NCBI GenBank assembly: GCA_016303225.1 | Contig: JAEDMC010000002.1 | Location: forward strand, 1 to 39,173 | Length of the DNA stretch: 39,173 nt | Direction of reading: 5' to 3' | DNA from: Kiritimatiellia bacterium | GTDB lineage: Bacteria; Verrucomicrobiota; Kiritimatiellia; RFP12; UBA1067 | Part shown: positions 8,920 through 16,771 of the stretch, in pieces | Numbering within the stretch: position 1 is the first letter of the stretch | Layout: every line of letters begins with the position of its first letter | Position numbers and translations under genes: made by a program | Notes under the pieces: generated by a model | Databases searched by the model: none | What the model saw: the letters and a program-made list of their open reading frames with translations, nothing else | What the model was told of the DNA's origin: nothing

Positions 8920-9477
8920 TTACTTTTCTTTTAACCAATTTACAAACTCTGCGACCTTGAACTTCAGTTCTTCGGCAGTTCCGTCGTTCTCGATCACGTA
9001 GTGGGATTTTGCGGCCTTCTCCTCGACCGGCATCTGCGCCTTCAGTCGGGCCTCGGCCTCCTCGCGCGTGTAGCCGCGCGTTTCCATCATGCGCGCAACT
9101 TGCGTCTCCCGCGCAGAACGGACGCAACATATTATATCATAATCTGCGTCCCAGCGGGTCTCGAAGAGGAGCGGGATGATGGCTACACGAAGGACCTTAG
9201 ACTCTAGACGTGAGACTAGCCCGCCTTCCGTCTCTCGTCTAAAGTCCTGAAACGCCTGAATCTTCCTCTTCACTCGCGGGTGGATACGCGCCTCGAGAGC
9301 CTTGCGCTTCGCCTCGTCGGCGAAAACCTCCGCGGCAATGCGCTTGCGCTCGGCCGGATCGGGAATGAGTTCATGCACGACGTCGTCAGCGTCGATCGTC
9401 TCGATGCCGAAGTCGTTGAGGAACTTCGCGACCATCGACTTCCCGCACGCGATTCCGCCTGTCAGCGCGATTCTCAT
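8920..9477 (-). CDS. coaE: Dephospho-CoA kinase (185 aa) with an in-frame family-1 repeat insertion
   Basis: N-terminal P-loop MRIALTGGIACGKS, DADDVVHEL, IHPRV, IIPLLFE. ATG 9477-9475 overlaps the TGA (9479-9477) of the upstream gene, read as TGATG. Confidence 0.9.
   Translation of the reverse strand: MRIALTGGIACGKSMVAKFLNDFGIETIDADDVVHELIPDPAERKRIAAEVFADEAKRKALEARIHPRVKRKIQAFQDFRRETEGGLVSRLESKVLRVAIIPLLFETRWDADYDIICCVRSARETQVARMMETRGYTREEAEARLKAQMPVEEKAAKSHYVIENDGTAEELKFKVAEFVNWLKEK
9189..9248. repeat. Family-1 palindromic element, short copy c, in frame inside coaE (encodes DFRRETEGGLVSRLESKVL)
   Basis: Sequence: gaaggaccttagactctagacgtgagactagcccgccttccgtctctcgtctaaagtcct. It has the same end words, orientation and reading frame (DFRR-K/E-TE) as the uvrA copies. 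It sits between IHPRVKRKIQAFQ and IIPLLFE, where E. coli CoaE as recalled is about 15 aa shorter. Confidence 0.75.
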
Positions 9478-12233
9478 CAGTCTTGCTTCTGAATTGTCTC
9501 GACCTTGTAGAAGAGCTGCGGCATCCCGTCGATGACCGGAGGGTCAACGACAACGATTTCGCCCGTGCCCTTCTCCGTCGCCATCACGCCCCAGCTGTCG
9601 ATCAGAAGATTCGCATTCGTGAGAAGGTTGTAATCAAACTTCGCATCCGACTTGAACGACAGCGAGAACTTGCCGTCTGCAACTGCCGCGGACGAGATCG
9701 TCACCGCATCCGTCGCCTCGGGCACGGGATGCTCAGAGCTGTCCGGTTCCCAAGAAACCGAATCCAGCCACACCTGATCGCCGTTTGACACGTGTGAAAA
9801 CACAATTTTCTGTCCCTCAGCCTTCGGGATGTACACACTCGCAGATTGCCATTCCTCATTTGCAATGCAGACGAGATTCGTCCCACCGGTCCCACCCTCG
9901 AATTCCATGACAAGAATTGTCTGCAAGTTCCCAGCCCAGATATCCTCCTCGTACTGGCCTTTCCACCAGAAGGTCAGCGTTCCCGAGGTTGAGACATCCG
10001 CCGCAATCTGCGCCGCCGTCTTGCCCTGAGACGCGGGATGCGTCACGCAAGCGCCGCGGTCAGCATCGTCCGTCACCTCCCATCTTTCCGCCGTAACGTC
10101 CTCAAAGTACAGGTTGTTGCAGTCCAGCGCCACGGAGATCGGGGACGGGATGAATCTCCAGATTGCATAAAGCGTCACTTCGCCGTCGGCCGCCGCTGTG
10201 AGGTTCGAGACCGACTCGTTGGGCTGGTAGGTTCCGGTCTCCTGCTTTGGATCCATCCCCCAGCCGGTGAACTCATGATGCAGGGGCGCGTCTGGCACGG
10301 GCGTCAACGGCAGTTTCTTTACCTCGTCGTAAGCAAACTCCATGTTCTCCGGCACGGAACCCGTTCCGCCATTCGCGTCGAAGGTGACCGTGTACTGATG
10401 CGCGTTCCAGAGCGCATGGAGCGTACAGGACTCGCCTGCCGCGACAAGATTGGTGACGGCCGCGCCGTTGACGAGGAGGGACTTCTCGTTCGGCGGCAGG
10501 TTCGTCGTCCACATCGTGAAATCGTAGCCGATCCGCGTGAACACATTCGACGGCAGCTGGAAACCGACGTCGCGCTCGACATTCGTCGCCGCCATCTCGC
10601 CCTCGCCGCCATTCGCATCAAAGGCAATGGTATACCGTCCAAGCCAGTCCGCCTTGAAGGTCACGACCCCCTCAGCCTCCGAAGTCAGATTTGACACCGT
10701 CGCCCCGGCCAGGAAGTTCGTCACAACCTTGCCACTGACCAACACCTGCCAGGACCGGAACTCGCAGCCCGTCTTCGTAAACGCGCTCTCGGGAACGACG
10801 TATGCCTCGCCGTATTCGAGCGAAACGGAGTCCATCGCCCCCTTTCCCCCGTTGCCATTAAAGACGACCTCGTACGAAATCGGCGTCCAGATAGCGTAAA
10901 GATGAACTGAGCCTTCCGTCGCCAGGTTGGCGACGGACTCGCCCGGCTGGTACCGAACTTCGGTTGAATCTTCGCTCTCCGCCCAGCCCTTCAGCACGTA
11001 TCCCGTGCGCGAAAGCGGCAGCAGGGCATTCGCCTCGCCATAGAAAAATTTTTGCTCACTCATCGCGCCAGACCCGTCGTTGGCATGCATAATTACACGA
11101 TACGAATTGGCCTGATAGCTCGCATAGACCTTTTCGTCCTTCGCAACCGCCGTGTAGTTACCGGACCATCCCGTAAAGCGATAGCCATCATGCGAAGGAT
11201 TCTCAGGCGGGGTCGCAGATTCACCCTTCAGCACATACTCCACCTTGAGAATGCCGTCCTTGTTTGGCGTCGTTCCGTTGAACATCTCTTCCTCTTTGAA
11301 CGTCACCATGAACTTCTGCGTCCAGCGAGCGTAGAGGTTCACGACTTCATTGTGAACCGCCGTCAAATTCTTGACCGTCTGCTTGTCCGCATAGACAACA
11401 GCCCCTTCCGTCGGGCTCGTCGCCCAGCCGGCGAAGGCATAGCCGTCCTTCGTGTAGGCATTGGCCGTGAGCGCCTTCGCGGAATCATAGGTGAAGGCCT
11501 CGTCCGACATCGACCCGCCCGTCGCACCGTTGCCGTTGAACTTCACGGTATAGGCATTCGCCGCCCACACGGCTGAGAGCTCGGAGTGGAACTTCCATGT
11601 ATTCGAATCCCAGAAACTAGTGCCTGTGACCAAGGCTTTGTCATTGAACGTCGCGCCAAGGTCGTTTGTCCAAATGCTAAACGTATAGCCCGTCTTCACG
11701 AATCCGTTCGCCGTCAGGTTGAACGACGAGTCGATGTTCTTGTCCTCGATCGACGCCGTCGAGCCCGATGCCGACCCGTTCCCCTTGAACGTCACCGTGA
11801 ACGGCAGATAATCGAAATATGCGCCTAACGCACGCCTGACAGTGTTGGGAACAGCCGAAACCTTCAGCGTCGCCTTGCAGGACAGACGATCGCTCGCCAC
11901 AGTCAAAGTCAGATTTGGATCACTGTTTTGCGTCAGCTCAGACATACCGTTACGGACCACGTAGTCCATGCTTTCGTTCCAATACCATCCCATAACCACA
12001 TGACCGGCAGGCGGATGCGCGACGAAATTCGCCTCCTGAACACCATTGCCGCGCGTGACTGCGAACGTTGCCGAAGCGGGGTCGATTTCGCCCTTGGTCA
12101 CCAGTTTCCAGTCGCTGCCAGTCGATACGGTTCCGCGCGTGTTGTAATAACAATACACGGTATCTGTATTTTCCGCCACCAGGATTCCTGCGAAAAAGCC
12201 GCAACAGGCTAAAGTCAGAATGAATTTTCTCAT
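9477..12233 (-). CDS. Secreted surface protein (918 aa): signal peptide, seven Listeria-Bacteroides (InlB B-repeat/Flg_new-type) repeats, a jelly-roll-like domain, and a C-terminal tail ending FYKVETIQKQD
   Basis: ATG 12233 is preceded by GAGGAGG. The signal peptide is MRKFILTLACCGFFAGILVAEN. Repeats are of the type YTVKFNGNGATGGSMSDEAFTYDSAKALTANAYTKDGYAFAGWATSP...LYARW; I counted seven such units, each ending in W or Y. Confidence 0.85.
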   Translation of the reverse strand: MRKFILTLACCGFFAGILVAENTDTVYCYYNTRGTVSTGSDWKLVTKGEIDPASATFAVTRGNGVQEANFVAHPPAGHVVMGWYWNESMDYVVRNGMSELTQNSDPNLTLTVASDRLSCKATLKVSAVPNTVRRALGAYFDYLPFTVTFKGNGSASGSTASIEDKNIDSSFNLTANGFVKTGYTFSIWTNDLGATFNDKALVTGTSFWDSNTWKFHSELSAVWAANAYTVKFNGNGATGGSMSDEAFTYDSAKALTANAYTKDGYAFAGWATSPTEGAVVYADKQTVKNLTAVHNEVVNLYARWTQKFMVTFKEEEMFNGTTPNKDGILKVEYVLKGESATPPENPSHDGYRFTGWSGNYTAVAKDEKVYASYQANSYRVIMHANDGSGAMSEQKFFYGEANALLPLSRTGYVLKGWAESEDSTEVRYQPGESVANLATEGSVHLYAIWTPISYEVVFNGNGGKGAMDSVSLEYGEAYVVPESAFTKTGCEFRSWQVLVSGKVVTNFLAGATVSNLTSEAEGVVTFKADWLGRYTIAFDANGGEGEMAATNVERDVGFQLPSNVFTRIGYDFTMWTTNLPPNEKSLLVNGAAVTNLVAAGESCTLHALWNAHQYTVTFDANGGTGSVPENMEFAYDEVKKLPLTPVPDAPLHHEFTGWGMDPKQETGTYQPNESVSNLTAAADGEVTLYAIWRFIPSPISVALDCNNLYFEDVTAERWEVTDDADRGACVTHPASQGKTAAQIAADVSTSGTLTFWWKGQYEEDIWAGNLQTILVMEFEGGTGGTNLVCIANEEWQSASVYIPKAEGQKIVFSHVSNGDQVWLDSVSWEPDSSEHPVPEATDAVTISSAAVADGKFSLSFKSDAKFDYNLLTNANLLIDSWGVMATEKGTGEIVVVDPPVIDGMPQLFYKVETIQKQD

Positions 12234-12313
12234 TGGAACAATTCCTCCTCAATGACTCATCTACCCTAACAGACTTCGCGCAAAACGATTGCGCCAGAAT
12301 CTCATCTGACCCT

Positions 12314-12393
12314 TTAGCGATTAGCATTTAGCGGTTAGTTATTAGCTTTTCACGCTAACCGCTAACCGCTAAGAGCTAATAGCCAAGAGCTAA
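12314..12393. repeat. Family-3 heptad palindrome: five TTAGCnn heptads, a short centre, then six nnGCTAA heptads in inverted orientation, directly 3' of the secretin stop
   Basis: TTAGC/TTAGT words start at 12314, 12321, 12328, 12335 and 12342. GCTAA/GCCAA words start at 12354, 12361, 12368, 12375, 12382 and 12389, an exact 7-bp period. ttagcggttag (12328-12338) pairs with ctaaccgctaa (12355-12365). Confidence 0.85.
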
Positions 12394-12395
12394 TC

Positions 12396-15300
12396 TCAGT
12401 CGGCCGTCGGTGCAGCCTTGACTTCAGCCGCTGCATCCGTTTCCTCGGCATTGACCGTGAGTTCGCGACCGGACGGCGTGATGAGGCGGCCCGTCACGAA
12501 GATAAGGAGGTTCTTCTTGATCGTCTGCTCCGCATGACTGCGGAAGAGGCGACCGATGAACGGCAGGTCGCCGAGGAACGGCACCTTGTCATCCATCGCC
12601 TTGCGCTGTTCGGTGATGAGACCGCCCATGACGACCGTCGAGCCAGGCGTGATCGAGACCTTCGAGTCGATCGAACGGACCGGGAAGAACGGCTGTTCCA
12701 TCGGCGCGTCATACCAAGTCATGTTCTGCGAGCCAGCCGTGGAGAGGTTGTTGATCGCGGCCATGGAGGTGTCGACGACACGCCCGCCAATCTGCGTGCG
12801 GTCATCATCCGTCAGCGGCACGGCGAGAGCCTGGAGGGAGGCCGTCATCGCCGAGATGATCCCTGCAAAGTCCGGCACAGCCGATGCGCTGCCCGTGTTG
12901 CCCGTGAACGGGATCTTCATGCCGTAGTTGTGCCAGATCGGCTCGTCAACGACCTGCGGCTTGAGTTCAAGGTCGATCGTACCGCCGTTCGCCTCAGAAT
13001 AGGTCGGCGTGACGTCGAGGATGACGCCGACTTCGCGCATCGTGAAGTTCTGCGGCTCGACGACGGCGAGAATCGCGGACTGCGAGCTGCCCGAGTTGCT
13101 GCCGCCAGAAGACGAGCCGGACGACTGGAGCTGCACGTCGTAGTCCTGCGGGTAGATGTACTCGACGACGACCTTGATGACAGCGTTCTCGCCCGACTTC
13201 GTCACGACCTTCGGGGCCGAGAGGAGGTCCGTGTCGCTGCGCTGCGAAAGCATGTGCAGGATCAACGAGAGGTCCGCCTGACCGAGAAACGCGTTCACAC
13301 GCATAAACTGGTCGTTGTTTGAGAGACCCGAACCGGAGACATGGTTGCCGACGTCAGAGAGATAGCGGTTGCCGCGGTTGTATTCAGAATCGGTGCCGCC
13401 GAAGGCATTGATGCCAAGATTGCGGTTGCCGCCCACATCGCGGATCAGACGGCCGTTTCTGGAGCTGTACGGCACATTGCGGGAATACGAATCCGTGAAG
13501 TTTCCACCACTCGTCCAGTTCTTGGTCGACATCGTGTCGGTAATGGAACTCGTGCTCGTGATGTTAGGCAACGGCTTACCGTTGCTCGTAGCCAAGTCCG
13601 TATGCGTCTTATCCGTCACCGTTCCAGAATCGTCAAATCCATTGCCAGAGTTTCTCGTCCAGCTCCTGCCACCGCTCTCCGTGCCCCAGGTCGAGCCCTT
13701 GAGGCCAAGCGCCTTCTTGAGCTTGCCGCCGACATTCAGCGAATAGTCGCTGTTCAGGATCCACTCAAAGCCAAGGGAGTTGAGGTCTTCCTGCATCACT
13801 TCGACGAAACGCGTCTCAATCTCGATGAGCTGCGGCTGACCGCCGAGCTCGTCCAGCACTTTCTCGAACTCAGCGAGGTTCTCGCGCGTGTTGCGGACGT
13901 AGAGCTTGCCGAGCGACTTGATGTGCTTGATCGAGGAACCCTCGGGCCACTTGACGCCCATCTGCTCGAAGAAGACCTTCCAGTCGCGTTCCTGATTTTC
14001 CTCACCGCTGTCGTCAGAGGCCCTCTTCGAGCTGTCGACGAAGCCGCCCATCGTCTTGATTTCCTCGGACGCGGAGGAGACGCGCTCGATGAACGCCTCG
14101 GGGACGTTGTACTTGCGCGCCAGGATTTCGGCGGTGGACATGTCCTTCTGCATGACCATGACGACGGAATCGCGGATGACGAACTTGTAGTCGACCGAAT
14201 CGCAGACGAGCTTCAACGCCTCGTAGATCGTGAGGTCGCTCGCGGAAATCGTCGGAATCGGCGCCAGCCCGTTGCCGGACTCGGTGGCGTCAACCACATC
14301 GTTGCTGGAGAAGTCGTCCGCCTCCTCCGTGGCCGCGGCCTGCGACTTGATGGCGCCCTGCGGCGTCTTGAGGTAGAAGTTGAAGCCGCGCTTCTCAACC
14401 GGAATCTTCGGGTCGTCGTAGTCCTTCGACGCGGTGCGGAAGAAGTCCACCGCCTCGATGATCGTCGCCGGCGGCTTGAACGAGATGGTCGGCAGGCGAA
14501 TCGTCTTCATGCGGCGCTCGATCTCCTGCTCGACCGTGCGCTCGGGATCGTCACCCGTCGACGCCTTGACCGTTTCGGAAGACGAGTCCTTCAGCTGCGC
14601 GGCATTGGGCGCGTAGACCGGACGCCACCGCTCGTCGACGTCGGCGATCATGCCGTCGCGCGCCGCGATGCGCTCGCTCTGGAGAATGACCTTGCGCTTG
14701 CGCTGAATCTGCTCGCGCAGACGAATCGCCTCGCGGTTGTACTTGTCTTTCTTGAGGACGATCTCGCACTCCTCCGCAGCCTTGTTCAGGTCCTTCACCG
14801 CCAGATACTGGCTGCTGCGCCGCAGGTGCCGGCGAATCTGCTCGCGCTCCTTCTTGTATTCCGTATCATTCCGGCGGTGGAGGTTCTCCGCCACATCCGT
14901 CTCCTGCTCGGCGCCGGCAGCTTCCGCATTCCAAAGCTCCAACACGCGACGGGCCTTCGGATGACGCATGTCAATCGCCTGCTGAATGCGCTTGTAGGCC
15001 AGCGCGCGACGACCGAGGTCATACTCCTGCAACGCCGCACGATAGAGACCCTCGGCAATTCCCAGATCGCACTCCTTGCGGAAAGCCTTCGAGGACTGAC
15101 GGTCGTTCAGGAGCTTGAGCGCAAGACCGTAATGACGGACGGCCTCATCATACTCCTCGCCCGCCATGTTCTTGCGCGCCAGATCGATTTCACGCTTGGC
15201 CTGAACATCCAATGCCTTGCGGCGGACCAGCTCCGTGTTGCGGATGTTCTCGATGAGTTCGGCATCGCTCGGCGGAACGGACGGGGCCACGTTGGCCTTC

Positions 15301-15599
15301 TCCTCGACCTTCTCTTCGACCTTGGCCTCGGCAACCGGCTCCTCGACCTTGGCCTCGGCCACGGCTTCAGCAACAGGTTCCTCGGCCTTCGTCTCGGCCT
15401 TCGCCTCAGTCGCCTCTTCGGCCTCGGGAATGCTCTCGGCCTTCTCCTCGGCTTTCGCTGGCGTTGCAGCCTTTTCACCGGACTCGGTCTCGAGATCCTT
15501 CAAAAGACTGTCGAGATCATCCTGCGCGACAGCAGAGATGGAAACAACGGCGAATGCCATCGCGACGCACCAGGCGACTACGTTCCTCTTATTAGTCAT
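12396..15599 (-). CDS. Secretin (type IV pilus/type II secretion family, PilQ/GspD-like), about 1,067 aa, with an acidic repeat region, a TPR-like N-terminal region, and a large S/G/N-rich insertion
   Basis: C-terminal secretin hallmark: VVMGGLITEQRKAMDDKVPFLGDLPFIGRLFRSHAEQTIKKNLLIFVTGRLI. An N0-like segment reads IRLPTISFKPPATIIEAVDFF. The secretin domain begins at PQLIEIETRFVEVMQEDLNSLGFEW. The start is uncertain: the ORF is open to a TTG at 15659, with ATGs at 15632 and 15599. The last gives a canonical signal peptide MTNKRNVVAWCVAMAFAVVSISAVAQ and has AAGGAG upstream. Confidence 0.9.
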   Translation of the reverse strand: MTNKRNVVAWCVAMAFAVVSISAVAQDDLDSLLKDLETESGEKAATPAKAEEKAESIPEAEEATEAKAETKAEEPVAEAVAEAKVEEPVAEAKVEEKVEEKANVAPSVPPSDAELIENIRNTELVRRKALDVQAKREIDLARKNMAGEEYDEAVRHYGLALKLLNDRQSSKAFRKECDLGIAEGLYRAALQEYDLGRRALAYKRIQQAIDMRHPKARRVLELWNAEAAGAEQETDVAENLHRRNDTEYKKEREQIRRHLRRSSQYLAVKDLNKAAEECEIVLKKDKYNREAIRLREQIQRKRKVILQSERIAARDGMIADVDERWRPVYAPNAAQLKDSSSETVKASTGDDPERTVEQEIERRMKTIRLPTISFKPPATIIEAVDFFRTASKDYDDPKIPVEKRGFNFYLKTPQGAIKSQAAATEEADDFSSNDVVDATESGNGLAPIPTISASDLTIYEALKLVCDSVDYKFVIRDSVVMVMQKDMSTAEILARKYNVPEAFIERVSSASEEIKTMGGFVDSSKRASDDSGEENQERDWKVFFEQMGVKWPEGSSIKHIKSLGKLYVRNTRENLAEFEKVLDELGGQPQLIEIETRFVEVMQEDLNSLGFEWILNSDYSLNVGGKLKKALGLKGSTWGTESGGRSWTRNSGNGFDDSGTVTDKTHTDLATSNGKPLPNITSTSSITDTMSTKNWTSGGNFTDSYSRNVPYSSRNGRLIRDVGGNRNLGINAFGGTDSEYNRGNRYLSDVGNHVSGSGLSNNDQFMRVNAFLGQADLSLILHMLSQRSDTDLLSAPKVVTKSGENAVIKVVVEYIYPQDYDVQLQSSGSSSGGSNSGSSQSAILAVVEPQNFTMREVGVILDVTPTYSEANGGTIDLELKPQVVDEPIWHNYGMKIPFTGNTGSASAVPDFAGIISAMTASLQALAVPLTDDDRTQIGGRVVDTSMAAINNLSTAGSQNMTWYDAPMEQPFFPVRSIDSKVSITPGSTVVMGGLITEQRKAMDDKVPFLGDLPFIGRLFRSHAEQTIKKNLLIFVTGRLITPSGRELTVNAEETDAAAEVKAAPTAD
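15303..15370. repeat. 27-bp in-frame tandem repeat in the acidic N-terminal region of the secretin (EEPVAEAKV units)
   Basis: cgaccttggcctcggcaaccggctcct (15317-15343) is followed by cgaccttggcctcggccacggcttcag (15344-15370), with a partial unit upstream. Confidence 0.8.
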
Positions 15600-15655
15600 A
15601 TCGACCACCTTCTCCTTCGATTTGCCAACCATTATACTATATCCTGCTTCAAGGT

Positions 15656-16771
15656 TCAAGGGCTGACCAGCTTGCGCTTCTTCCCAGTCAAACCGTTTTC
15701 GACTGTGATTTCCGCACCATCCCCAACCGTTTTGATTTCAGAAATCGTGTATTTCGCCCCGCTGAGCGTGATCTCCGAGCCCGCGACGACGTCGAAATTC
15801 TTAACCGCGCCACGCCGCGAATAAGTGAGTTTCGCCTGCACGTCGACGGACATCGGCTTCTCCTTCCGGCTTTCCGCGACCGTCAGCGTCAGCTGCTTGC
15901 CATCACGCTTGCGCTCGATCACGACTTCGGAGACGTCGACATCCCGCTTGTTGACGCTGCCCTTGATCGCGCGCTTCTCGGACTTCTTCTCGTAGCTCTT
16001 CAGGACGAAACCGCTGTCGCCGATGTTCTCGCCGATGAGCACGGACGTCGACACGCCCTTGCGACCGTAGCTGTCCTTGCGCGACGCATCGAAGAACTCG
16101 CAACGCCAGCTCTTGGGGACCGGTGTCGCCGACAGGAAGATGAACGGCAAATAGGTCTTCTTGAGCGGCAGCTCGATCGCCAGCGAATCAAGATAGTCGG
16201 GATGATCCTTGGCGTCTGTGGGATCGGTCTTCGCGAGATACTCCTCGAGGTTCGAGAAGTCGTCGCCGTCCGCATCGGCCGCAGCATCGGCGGCATCCGC
16301 GGGATTTAAGCCGTACTTCTTCTCCCAAGCGTCCGGAAGTCCGTCCTCGTCGGCGTCCAGGGGCTTCGCCACCTGCGCGACCTTCTGCGTCACACCGCAG
16401 AAGACGCAGACGAGGTTCTTCTCCTCATCGTACTTCTCCGGCATCGCGCGGCCGCAAGCCTCGCTGATGCAGAAGACGCGCTTCTCGCTGGCGAACGAAC
16501 CGAGGAAGCGGTCCTCGATCCGACGCGCAAGCTCGACCGTCTTGGACACGTTCGTCGACCGGCAGCAACCGGTCAGATCGGCGTCCGCCACGGCTGCGCG
16601 TTCCTTGCCGCGGCCGGAGATCGAAACCGTCGCCGCCTCGATGTCCGCCTCGGCGTCGCCGCCGAGAAAGCAGAACGCACCTGCGCCGACCAGGGCCAGA
16701 ATGCCGACCCCGGCCGCCAGCCACTCGTAGTGCGCTGCGAAGAAATTGCCCTTGCCCGAACGCGAAATCAT
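15656..16771 (-). CDS. Membrane-anchored pilus-cluster protein (371 aa): N-terminal TM helix, CxxxxC...CxxC Zn-ribbon-like motif, and TSP3-like Ca-binding motifs. It occupies the position of Amuc_1099.
   Basis: ATG 16771 overlaps the upstream TGA (ATGA). The TM segment is WLAAGVGILALVGAGAFCFLGG. The Zn-ribbon-like motif is FCISEACGRAMPEKYDEEKNLVCVFCG. The TSP3-like stretch is DADEDGLPDAWEKKYGLNPADAADAAADADGDDFSNLEEYLAKTDPTDAKD. Confidence 0.7.
   Translation of the reverse strand: MISRSGKGNFFAAHYEWLAAGVGILALVGAGAFCFLGGDAEADIEAATVSISGRGKERAAVADADLTGCCRSTNVSKTVELARRIEDRFLGSFASEKRVFCISEACGRAMPEKYDEEKNLVCVFCGVTQKVAQVAKPLDADEDGLPDAWEKKYGLNPADAADAAADADGDDFSNLEEYLAKTDPTDAKDHPDYLDSLAIELPLKKTYLPFIFLSATPVPKSWRCEFFDASRKDSYGRKGVSTSVLIGENIGDSGFVLKSYEKKSEKRAIKGSVNKRDVDVSEVVIERKRDGKQLTLTVAESRKEKPMSVDVQAKLTYSRRGAVKNFDVVAGSEITLSGAKYTISEIKTVGDGAEITVENGLTGKKRKLVSP

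Noticed and set aside
8891-9130. Upstream extension of the rho ORF (track start 9130, 592 aa)
   Set aside because: The extra 80 codons overlap the 3' end of coaE in another frame and encode R/G/C-rich sequence unlike any Rho. ATG 8890 lies just downstream of the coaE stop.
12314-12393. CRISPR array or intrinsic terminator interpretation of the heptad repeats (also 20085-20124 and 21277-21325)
   Set aside because: The repeat unit is only 7-9 bp, with no unique spacers and no cas genes, so these are not CRISPR arrays. The hairpins are not followed by a U-tract in the direction of transcription, so I did not call them rho-independent terminators.
15599-15659. Track start codons at 15659, 17781, 22480, 38947 and 38603
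   Set aside because: The first four are TTG or GTG codons at the far 5' limit of the open frame. I did not read the codon at 38603 and set it aside only because ATG 38549 has the better RBS and signal peptide. In each case a downstream ATG with a better RBS, an ATGA overlap or a cleaner signal peptide exists (15599/15632, 17775, 22465, 38938, 38549). The shorter models were preferred, with uncertainty noted.
13341-15824. 827-aa plus-strand ORF opposite the secretin
   Set aside because: It is in register with the secretin codons (13341-12396 is divisible by 3) and is R/L/V/D-rich with no motifs. The minus-strand frame carries the unmistakable secretin signature.
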